The notes under the pieces are model-generated. The model saw only the letters and a program-made list of their open reading frames with translations, was not told the DNA's origin and did no database searches. From a bacterium (GTDB lineage Bacteria > Zhuqueibacterota > Zhuqueibacteria > Oceanimicrobiales > Oceanimicrobiaceae), in the NCBI GenBank assembly GCA_046757525.1, contig JBHHYI010000120.1, positions 1 through 12,794 on the forward strand: a stretch of DNA of 12,794 nt, written 5' to 3'. Shown piece by piece: positions 1 to 6,659 of this stretch (position 1 is its first letter; every line of letters starts with the position of its first letter). The translations under genes were made by a program, and so were the position numbers.

Positions 1-281
1 TGCAACCAAAAGCACTGCTCATGGATGAACCGCTTTCCAATCTCGATTACGAACTGAATCTGCACCTCCGGCGGGAAATCCTTCGCCTGCAAGATCAGTT
101 GGGATTCACGCTCCTCTACGTGACCCACGACCGCGAGGAGGCGTTCGACATCGGCACCCGCGTGGTGGTGATGAAAGACGGGACCCTGGAACGAATGGGA
201 TCGGTGGAGGAAATCAGGGAGTATTTTGCTGCGCTGGCTCGGGGTTCTCTTCCTGTGACCCAACCCACAGTTTCAAAATAG
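1..281 (+). CDS. ABC transporter ATP-binding subunit, C-terminal part (5' truncated by window edge)
   Basis: The frame is open from base 3 (QPKALLMDEPLSNLD...) and contains Walker B (LLMDE), the D-loop (LSNLD) and the H-switch (YVTHDREEA). The ATG at 21 is internal. Stop TAG at 279-281. There is no room for a C-terminal TOBE domain, and the substrate cannot be determined. Confidence 0.92.
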   Translation, partial: QPKALLMDEPLSNLDYELNLHLRREILRLQDQLGFTLLYVTHDREEAFDIGTRVVVMKDGTLERMGSVEEIREYFAALARGSLPVTQPTVSK

Positions 282-450
282 CATTCCCACGGGAAGCTAC
301 CCGACCTTGAGATTTGGAAAATTGTCAATCATTGGTGATTTGGAGATCTTAATCTTCGATCTCCGCGAACACTGCGGTGAAGCATTCGAGAAGGGGGAAA
401 AACAAGGGTTTTGCGGCATGAGACACAAGGACATGACCGGCAAGAACTGG

Positions 451-798
451 CTACTTACCCCACTTCCCTTTGGGAAAAGGCAGGCGGTTCTTCTTGCGGG
501 CTAAGCGCATTTCTTCGGTAGCGTGGGTCTTCAGTACCAATTCCGACTCCGGTTTTCCGGTGCAGAGTAAAGCAAACCCCTCCCGGCGGTCAGCTTCGTA
601 GAACCGTTTGGAATCCTCCTGGTTCACCCGGCCCTGGATGACACGGGCAGAGCAGCTCAGGCACCATCCCTGCAAACAACTGTACGGCAAATCCAATCCC
701 GATTCCAGAGCCACATCGAGGATATGTCGGCCTTCAGGAACCAGAAGTTGATGTTCTTGACCGTCCGGGGTGATGAGTTTGACTTTGTAGTCAGGCAT
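451..798 (-). CDS. Plant-type [2Fe-2S] ferredoxin (115 aa) with basic C-terminal extension
   Basis: MPDYKVKL...ILDVALESGLDLPYSC41-LQGW-C46-LS-C49...LLC79 gives C-X4-C-X2-C-X29-C spacing, followed by ELVLKTH as in plant-type ferredoxins. Start placed at ATG 798 because the ORF-track extension to 921 overlaps the dps gene and is not ferredoxin-like. Confidence 0.92.
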   Translation of the reverse strand: MPDYKVKLITPDGQEHQLLVPEGRHILDVALESGLDLPYSCLQGWCLSCSARVIQGRVNQEDSKRFYEADRREGFALLCTGKPESELVLKTHATEEMRLARKKNRLPFPKGKWGK

Positions 799-809
799 GA
801 TTTGAAGTT

Positions 810-848
810 GAAGGGGCGGCAGCGTTGGGCAACGTTCGCCGCCCCTTC
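810..848 (-). other. Strong GC-rich stem-loop in the dps-ferredoxin intergenic region
   Basis: Perfect 11-bp inverted repeat GAAGGGGCGGC (810-820) / GCCGCCCCTTC (838-848), extended inward by CGTT (823-826) / AACG (831-834). No U-tract follows on the minus strand. Confidence 0.7.
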
Positions 849-865
849 GGTTCCAATGTGGGTGC

Positions 866-1489
866 TTACGGATTGTAGAATCCGGCGTTCTTGCTGTAAG
901 GCGCCTCTCCCGGATTGCCACGACGGAAGTGTCCGGACGGCACCACCTTGCCGTCTCTGGCGTAGCTCAGCAGCTCGATGAACCAGGCCTCATGTTCGAC
1001 CTCTTCCTGCAAGATGCGTGAGGCCATGTCGTAGGTGCGCGGATCCTTGCCGAAGGTTAGATCGCAAACCTCGCTCCAGGTGCGGATGGCGCAACGTTCG
1101 GCTTCCAACAGCACGGTCAGAATGTTGACCGGGGTCGGGTCATCCGGAAGATAGGCATCCGGGCAGCCGGCGCGGTCGGCAAAGTCGCGAATGTCGTGCG
1201 GCAAGTCGCCACCCAATTCATAAATGCGCGGCGTAATCAACTCGAAATGCGCTCGATCTTCCAGGCGTGCGTCTTCACAGATTTCCTTGTAATCCTCATT
1301 TCCTGCCAGATACATACGCAAAAGGGTGTAGTAATAGTAGGTGGTAAACTCTGCGCCGGCAGCGTCAATAAGTTTTTCCAACAGGTCTTCCACATCGACC
1401 CCTCTCATCTTAAGCTGTTCCACCCCGACTCGCTGCGAAGTGTCCCCCGGTTTTACTTTTCCAGTAGCATGTTTCTTCGTTCCCGCCAT
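866..1489 (-). CDS. dps: DPS-like (DPSL, thioferritin-motif) ferritin-superfamily protein
   Basis: Motifs [64 protein letters not shown] and PSGHFRR match my recollection of Sulfolobus/Pyrococcus DPSL. Candidate di-iron ligands are E47, D78, H81, E131, E163 and H166, with a Cys pair C109/C133. SD GAGGAG at 1501-1496. Confidence 0.95.
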   Translation of the reverse strand: MAGTKKHATGKVKPGDTSQRVGVEQLKMRGVDVEDLLEKLIDAAGAEFTTYYYYTLLRMYLAGNEDYKEICEDARLEDRAHFELITPRIYELGGDLPHDIRDFADRAGCPDAYLPDDPTPVNILTVLLEAERCAIRTWSEVCDLTFGKDPRTYDMASRILQEEVEHEAWFIELLSYARDGKVVPSGHFRRGNPGEAPYSKNAGFYNP

Positions 1490-1537
1490 TTGAAACTCCT
1501 CAAGTTTTTGTTAGAATGCACAGGAATTAATTACTTG

Positions 1538-1567
1538 AAATTAACAAAAAGAATATTTATTATTCAA
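1538..1567 (-). promoter_or_regulatory. Putative sigma70 promoter for dps-ferredoxin
   Basis: Minus strand reads TTGAAT (1567-1562), an 18-nt spacer, then TGnTAATTT (extended -10, hexamer 1543-1538). The -35 directly abuts the OxyR box. Confidence 0.6.
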
Positions 1568-1604
1568 ATCGATTATCTCTATAACCATGATAGATAATAA
1601 CTAT
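1568..1604. promoter_or_regulatory. OxyR binding site
   Basis: ATCG-N7-CTAT-N7-ATAG-N7-CTAT (1568-71, 1579-82, 1590-93, 1601-04) matches 15 of 16 positions of the E. coli oxidised-OxyR consensus ATAG-N7-CTAT-N7-ATAG-N7-CTAT. It lies between the divergent dps and oxyR genes. Confidence 0.88.
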
Positions 1605-1610
1605 CGCCAA

Positions 1611-2552
1611 ATGACTTTAACACAATTATCCTACATTGTTGCGCTCGACACGTACCGCAATTTTCGCAAGGCGGCGGACAAAATGTTCATCACGCAACCG
1701 ACTTTGAGCATGCAGATCCAAAAGTTGGAACAAGAATTGGACGTGGTCATATTTGACCGGCATATCTTGCCGGTGGAGCCCTCGGCCATCGGGCGTTTGA
1801 TCATTGACCAGGCCAGGGTGATATTGGAGGAAACTGCGCGTATGGCGGACATCATCGCCAGCCAGAAGCACCAAATCTTCGGTACCCTGCGCATCGGGAT
1901 TATCCCGACTGTCGCCCCGTATTTGCTCCCCCTTTTCTTAGAGCAATTCCTTGCCAAATATCCCAAAGTTGAGCTAACCATCGATGAACTGCAAACCCAG
2001 TTGATTATCCGGCATTTGGAGCAGAGTTCGCTGGACGTGGGCATTGTTGCCAGCCCTATAAATCATCCCAGAATCATCGAACAGACGCTGTACTATGAAC
2101 CGTTCGTGGCTTATGTCGCCAGAAAACACCGCCTGTTTTCCAGGAAAAGAATTCGAACCAGCGATCTGTCGCTGAATGATTTATGGCTGCTAAAAGAAGG
2201 GCATTGTTTTCGAGATCAGATTTTGCAGCTTTGCAAATCCACTCTGGAAAGGAGAGGGAACTATCACTTTCATTGCCATCTCGAGGGCGAGAATCTGGAA
2301 ACGCTGCGCAAGCTCGTGGAAAACAATATTGGGATGACGCTGCTGCCCCGCCTTGCGGTCCTGAATCTTGATAACACGCCTTCCAACGCCTTGATCCGAG
2401 AGTTTTATACACCGGTGCCTACCCGCAGAATCAGTTTAATCTACACCAAAGCGCTTTTGAAGAGGCGCCTGCTCCAGGTTTTGGAACAGGAAATTCTAAA
2501 TGCTCTGCCTGATGGACTCCTAAATGCCAAAGACCGTTGTGTCGTTGAGTGA
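1611..2552 (+). CDS. oxyR: Hydrogen peroxide-sensing LysR-family regulator OxyR
   Basis: LysR HTH (NFRKAADKMFITQPTLSMQIQKLEQEL), GIIPTVAPYLLP, and LLKEGHCFRDQILQLC (C-X8-C). Starting at ATG 1611 places the cysteines at exactly C199 and C208, the E. coli numbering. The upstream ATG at 1587 lies inside the operator. Confidence 0.95.
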   Translation: MTLTQLSYIVALDTYRNFRKAADKMFITQPTLSMQIQKLEQELDVVIFDRHILPVEPSAIGRLIIDQARVILEETARMADIIASQKHQIFGTLRIGIIPTVAPYLLPLFLEQFLAKYPKVELTIDELQTQLIIRHLEQSSLDVGIVASPINHPRIIEQTLYYEPFVAYVARKHRLFSRKRIRTSDLSLNDLWLLKEGHCFRDQILQLCKSTLERRGNYHFHCHLEGENLETLRKLVENNIGMTLLPRLAVLNLDNTPSNALIREFYTPVPTRRISLIYTKALLKRRLLQVLEQEILNALPDGLLNAKDRCVVE

Positions 2553-2604
2553 AATGTGCATTGGCAAGAATGCCGTCGCGGCCTCGTGTGAGAAGACAGA
2601 TTAG

Positions 2605-3585
2605 CTACTTGCTTTTCACCTCAATCTCACCGTTGCTGGCCCTGGATAAGGCGCGACCCTGCAAATACAGATGTGCACTCACACGATTCTGCAAATACGC
2701 GTCCCAGAAGGCGGTTGAGGCGGATTTCACATAAGTCACCTGCTGCGGATTTGTTGGCCCGGAACCTTTGAAGCGCACAGGACCGGCAATTCCGCCAAAA
2801 CCGTGGTAGGCATCATTTATCACCACGAGATATTTGTCTCCGGCCGGGGCATAGCGGTACACCTCTGTTCGCCACTTGTAGGATTTGCCGTTTCTGGGTG
2901 AGGTGTCGTTGGTACCCGTGATGACCATGGTCGGTCTTGTCAACCCATGCCACGAGTCCCGAGTAAACCCATCCCCGCTGCCCTGCGGACTGATCAGCAG
3001 AATCGCAAGCGGTCGGGCATCCGAGAAGTCGTATTTTTTTCCGCGGCCGAATTTCTTTGGCTTGGCGCCGCCGATGAGCTGAGCGGTGTGCGCACCAAAC
3101 GAATGGCCGCCCACACCCACGCGGGTGGTATCCATTTTGCCCTGCAACCCAGGCGCTCGTTTTTCGATGACCGCAAGCGAATCGATTATCAGAGAGATAT
3201 CCGGCGGCCGGGTGGACCATTTACGCCAGATTTTCTTCCGATTAAATAGCGCCCCCCAGCCGAGCAATTTCCGCGAGTCCTCGTGCGTTGGCTGAATGCA
3301 GACATAACCGTGGCTGGCCCAGTGCTTGATCAACGGCTGATACCCATCCTTATCTCCCAGAGCACCATGCGACCAAATGATGACCGGGAAGCCGCTTCCG
3401 CTATCCGGATAGGTAATTCGCAGGGGGAGGTCCTTATCCCGTTTCGCATCGTGCAGAACAAATGTTTTGACGGTTGCTATGTGAAATGGTCCGGGCACGG
3501 ATTTGTACAACCCGGGAATCAGGGCACTCAAACCAAGGAGGTTGAGCAATAACGAGTTGAACAAAACTGGAATCAGAGTTTTCAT
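2605..3585 (-). CDS. Alpha/beta-fold hydrolase (chlorophyllase/PAF-acetylhydrolase-like), probably exported or membrane-anchored
   Basis: FPVIIWSHG, WASHGYV, RPPDISLIID, nucleophile elbow GHSFG, candidate Asp in ITGTND and His in DAYHGFG. The N-terminus is hydrophobic (MKTLIPVLFNSLLLNLLGLSALI). Substrate unknown. Confidence 0.85.
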   Translation of the reverse strand: MKTLIPVLFNSLLLNLLGLSALIPGLYKSVPGPFHIATVKTFVLHDAKRDKDLPLRITYPDSGSGFPVIIWSHGALGDKDGYQPLIKHWASHGYVCIQPTHEDSRKLLGWGALFNRKKIWRKWSTRPPDISLIIDSLAVIEKRAPGLQGKMDTTRVGVGGHSFGAHTAQLIGGAKPKKFGRGKKYDFSDARPLAILLISPQGSGDGFTRDSWHGLTRPTMVITGTNDTSPRNGKSYKWRTEVYRYAPAGDKYLVVINDAYHGFGGIAGPVRFKGSGPTNPQQVTYVKSASTAFWDAYLQNRVSAHLYLQGRALSRASNGEIEVKSK

Positions 3586-3744
3586 TCTCCCACTACGCGT
3601 TTACACAACAGGAATTCAGGAACTATCTCAGTACTTCTTAATTTGCCAAATGGGGATGACAAAAACAAAGGGTTGATTTTACTTTTTTCAATACGGATGA
3701 CATCGATTACGCTGATTTCCACAGATTCTGATCTCTCTGTTCGG

Positions 3745-4929
3745 TCATCCCAAATCCGCTTCGTACGCCTGCTCCACCGACTTTGCAACCCGTGTCGTCA
3801 CGGTTTTGTCCAGAGGCGACGGTAAAATGGTGTCGACCGTGGGGGTGTCCACGCAGGCCGCCAGGGCATAGGCCGCCGCGATTTTCATTTTGTTGGTAAT
3901 CCTCACAGCTCTCGCATTTAAAGCGCCGCGGAAAATGCCCGGAAAGGCCAGCACGTTGTTCACCTGATTGGGAAAATCACTTCTGCCGGTTCCTACGATG
4001 AAAGCGCCTGCGGCTTTTGCTTCATCCGGCATGATTTCTGGAGTTGGATTGGCCATGGCCAGAATGATCGCCTTGTCATTCATGCTCCGCACCATCTCAC
4101 GAGACACCACATTGCCCTTACTCACGCCGATGAAGACATCGGCGCCACTCATGGCGTCGCTCAACAGTCCAGTAACTTTTCTGCGATTGGTGATCTTGGC
4201 CAGCTTCATTTTGGTGGGATTGTTTTGAATGTCTGACCTGGCGTGTGAAATGATGCCCCTGGAATCGCACACGATGATCTCTTTGACGGGTTCGCAAAGA
4301 CTGGCATCGTGGCCCACGCACAACAGCATCTCAGCAATGGCCGTGCCCGCTGCACCGGCGCCATTAATCACGACTTTCAGTTCGGTAAGCGCCTTGTTGG
4401 CCAACTTTGACGCGTTGATGAGGGCGGCCAGCAGCACGATGGCGGTGCCGTGCTGGTCGTCATGAAATACCGGAATGCTGATATTTTGCAGCGCCTGCTC
4501 GATTTCAAAACAGCGCGGGGCAGAGATATCCTCCAAATTGATTCCAGCGAAAATCGGGGCAATGTTCTTGACCAAATTGATTATCTCAAATGCGTTTTGA
4601 GTGGCGACGCAAATGGGAAAGGCATCGATGTCGGCATAAGCCTTGAACAGCATGGCCTTGCCTTCCATGACAGGAATGGCCGCGTTTGCACCGATATTGC
4701 CCAACCCCAGCACCGCCGAACCATCCGAGACGATCGCCACTGTGTTTCGCTTCATCGTCAGGTCGTAAGCCTTCGCTGCATCTGCCGCGATTTCTCTACA
4801 CACCTGGGCCACGCCCGGGGTGTAGACCAGGGAGAGATCGTGCTGGTCCTTTATTTCAAATTTTGAAGTAACCTCCAATTTACCGGCTAAGGATTGGTGT
4901 AATTTCGTCGACTCTTCGTAAATATCCAT
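3745..4929 (-). CDS. NAD(P)-dependent malic enzyme, short form (no phosphotransacetylase domain)
   Basis: LSLVYTPGVA, VSDGSAVLGLGNIG, PVMEGKAMLFK, INLEDISAPRCFEIE, PVFHDDQHGTA, NGAGAAG, AMANPTPEI and TGRSDFPNQVNNVLAFPGIFRGAL. Start chosen at ATG 4929 (MDIYEES); the ORF-track start at 4956 is an alternative. Confidence 0.95.
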   Translation of the reverse strand: MDIYEESTKLHQSLAGKLEVTSKFEIKDQHDLSLVYTPGVAQVCREIAADAAKAYDLTMKRNTVAIVSDGSAVLGLGNIGANAAIPVMEGKAMLFKAYADIDAFPICVATQNAFEIINLVKNIAPIFAGINLEDISAPRCFEIEQALQNISIPVFHDDQHGTAIVLLAALINASKLANKALTELKVVINGAGAAGTAIAEMLLCVGHDASLCEPVKEIIVCDSRGIISHARSDIQNNPTKMKLAKITNRRKVTGLLSDAMSGADVFIGVSKGNVVSREMVRSMNDKAIILAMANPTPEIMPDEAKAAGAFIVGTGRSDFPNQVNNVLAFPGIFRGALNARAVRITNKMKIAAAYALAACVDTPTVDTILPSPLDKTVTTRVAKSVEQAYEADLG

Positions 4930-5085
4930 CTTTGCTCTTTCATTTGGTGAAATCATTTTGAGAAGGAATATACAAAACTAAATTAATCATTCCAAACGCT
5001 TTACTCGCTTCGCATGATTTCCGTCAATCAGGAAGTAAATTTTCTAAGGCTTGCTCAGGATTTCCCGAGCGTCTTTAGTAACAGT

Positions 5086-5121
5086 TTTTCACATTTGAAA
5101 AGCGCCTTTTCATATTGAAAA
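5086..5121. promoter_or_regulatory. Tandem palindromes, candidate transcription-factor/enhancer sites
   Basis: TTTTCA-catt-TGAAAA (5086-5101) and TTTTCA-tat-TGAAAA (5107-5121), each followed by GC, with starts 21 bp apart (two helical turns). Confidence 0.55.
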
Positions 5122-5197
5122 GCAACCTGGCATTTCTCGCATCCTCTCTAAACTTTGATCTTCAAAAGTGAAGTCATGCACCCGGTTTTGTGTCACC

Positions 5198-5218
5198 CTG
5201 TAATATTTAAAATTACAG
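5198..5218. promoter_or_regulatory. AT-rich near-perfect palindrome, candidate operator
   Basis: CTGTAAT-atttaaa-ATTACAG has perfect 7-bp arms, with 9 of 10 arm positions symmetric overall. Confidence 0.45.
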
Positions 5219-5295
5219 AACCTTAGACCTCAATCTCTCTTATTGATTTTGACATAGTTAGGCTTCATGGGAAAGATATTTTTTCCGTGGCGACG

Positions 5296-5311
5296 TGGCA
5301 CAATTATTGAA
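5296..5311 (+). promoter_or_regulatory. Putative sigma54 (-24/-12) promoter of the hem operon
   Basis: TGGCAC-AATTA-TTGAA compared with consensus TGGCAC-N5-TTGCW: exact GG-N10-G spacing, with GA instead of GC at -12. It points toward hemA and ends 26 or 56 nt before the two candidate start codons. Confidence 0.6.
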
Positions 5312-5366
5312 CAACAAGAAACATCAATATTGAATCATGAACGATTGCGCGCCATTTGCTCACACA

Positions 5367-6659
5367 ATGAATATCCTTTTAACCGGCCTTAATCACAAGA
5401 CCACGCCAGTCGAAATACGAGAGAGGTTAGCCTTTCCCCCCAAACAAAGGGGTGCAGCGCTGGCTCAGTTGACTCAGCCGAATGGACAAACCGGCTGCGA
5501 ACTTCTTGAAGCGGTAATTCTCTCCACATGTAATCGAGTTGAAATTTATACGGCGAACAGGAATAATGAAAGCGCCATTGAGAAGGTCAAGAGCTTCCTT
5601 TCGAATTTTCATAATGTCCCTCCTGCTGAATTTAGCCCCTACCTGTACACAGCGGCCAATCTTGACGCAGTAGAACATCTCTTTAATGTCACCAGCGGTA
5701 TCGATTCCATGATGATTGGAGAGACGCAGATTCAAGGTCAGGTCAAGCAGGCTTTTGAATGCGCCCAACAACATGGAACCGCGGGAACGTTTCTTTCAGC
5801 ATTGTTCAGGCATGCCCTCAGCGTTGGCAAGCGTGTGCGAACCGAGACCGCAATCAGCGAACATTCCCTTTCGATTAGTCGTGCAGCGGTTAATTTGGTG
5901 CAAAAATCGTTTCCAAACGTTGCAGGTTTGAAAGTAGTTGTGGTCGGAGTTGGGGAAATGGGTTTGGTGACGATAAAGAGCTTATTCAATCAAGGTGTGC
6001 GGGATATAACCGCTATCAATAGATCGCAAGAACGCGCCCAGGCTCTGGTGCAGCAGTTCAATCTCAAGACCCTCGGTTTTGACAGATTAGAAGCTTGCCT
6101 GGCAGAAGCAGATGTGGTAGTCAGTTGCACCGGGGCCCCGCACATCGTTTTGCCTCTTGAAACTGTGAAGCGCGTTCTACGACATCGTCAAAAACCACCG
6201 CTCCTTATCGTCGACATCGCAGTACCCAGAGACGTAGATCCGCAGGTTGGCAAACTCGAGAACGTCCGACTGCACAATATTGACCAATTAAGAACCGAAG
6301 TCGAACAGAACCTGAAACGGCGTTCTAACGAAATCGGTCACGTCCGAGCGATCGTCACCCAGGAGGTTAGCAAGTTTTTTGCTTGGTATCAATCTCGCGA
6401 AGCCAAGCCCGTGATTACCAAATTGCGCCAAAAAGCGGAACAAATCCGCGAGCAGGAATTGCAGCGCGCACTGCGGCGATTCGAAAGCAATCTTTCCGAT
6501 AGCGATACCCGAGTGGTTCAGGACCTGAGCCGTAGAATCATAAACAGGATTCTTCACCAGCCTTTGACTCGTTTGAAGGAGCTAACCGCCGAAGACAACG
6601 GAGAGCTCTATGCCGCAACGGTGCGAAACTTGTTTAGATTAGAAGAGCCGTCTAAATGA
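5367..6659 (+). CDS. hemA: Glutamyl-tRNA reductase
   Basis: GLNHKTTPVEIRERLAF, catalytic LSTCNRVEIY, SGIDSMMIGETQIQGQVK, GKRVRTET, nucleotide-binding GVGEMG and DIAVPRDVD. Start at 5367 (MNILLTG) is typical for the family; ATG 5337 is an alternative. Confidence 0.97.
   Translation: MNILLTGLNHKTTPVEIRERLAFPPKQRGAALAQLTQPNGQTGCELLEAVILSTCNRVEIYTANRNNESAIEKVKSFLSNFHNVPPAEFSPYLYTAANLDAVEHLFNVTSGIDSMMIGETQIQGQVKQAFECAQQHGTAGTFLSALFRHALSVGKRVRTETAISEHSLSISRAAVNLVQKSFPNVAGLKVVVVGVGEMGLVTIKSLFNQGVRDITAINRSQERAQALVQQFNLKTLGFDRLEACLAEADVVVSCTGAPHIVLPLETVKRVLRHRQKPPLLIVDIAVPRDVDPQVGKLENVRLHNIDQLRTEVEQNLKRRSNEIGHVRAIVTQEVSKFFAWYQSREAKPVITKLRQKAEQIREQELQRALRRFESNLSDSDTRVVQDLSRRIINRILHQPLTRLKELTAEDNGELYAATVRNLFRLEEPSK

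Noticed and set aside
342..364. GGAGATC/GATCTCC inverted repeat as a terminator between convergent genes
   Set aside because: A 7-bp stem with a 9-nt loop and no U-tract on either strand is too weak to call.
307..504. 65-aa plus-strand ORF after the ABC ATPase
   Set aside because: TTG start, no recognisable motif or RBS, and antisense overlap with the ferredoxin 3' end.
810..848. Hairpin as an iron-responsive element or intrinsic terminator
   Set aside because: It has no CAGUGN loop and no U-tract on the transcribed strand, so it is kept only as a generic stem-loop.
799..921. 41-aa N-terminal extension of the ferredoxin ORF
   Set aside because: It overlaps the dps 3' end, runs through the hairpin and has no ferredoxin-like character. 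ATG 798 gives a canonical N-terminus.
1587..1610. Upstream oxyR start (MIDNNYRQ)
   Set aside because: It lies inside the OxyR operator, and start 1611 gives the canonical C199/C208 numbering.
3582..3825. Two small ORFs between the hydrolase and malic enzyme genes
   Set aside because: Both overlap the malic enzyme 3' end, have no motifs, and cross AT-rich promoter-like DNA.
5155..5257. TTGAT half-sites (5155, 5243) as FNR/Anr boxes for hemA
   Set aside because: Neither has ATCAA at the required 4-nt spacing.
5324..5333. TCAATATTGA 10-bp palindrome near the predicted TSS
   Set aside because: It is short and AT-rich, so plausible by chance, and matches no operator I can name.
5337..5366. HemA N-terminal extension MNDCAPFAHT as a heme-regulatory motif
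   Set aside because: It reads C-A-P rather than C-P, and the extension may not be translated.
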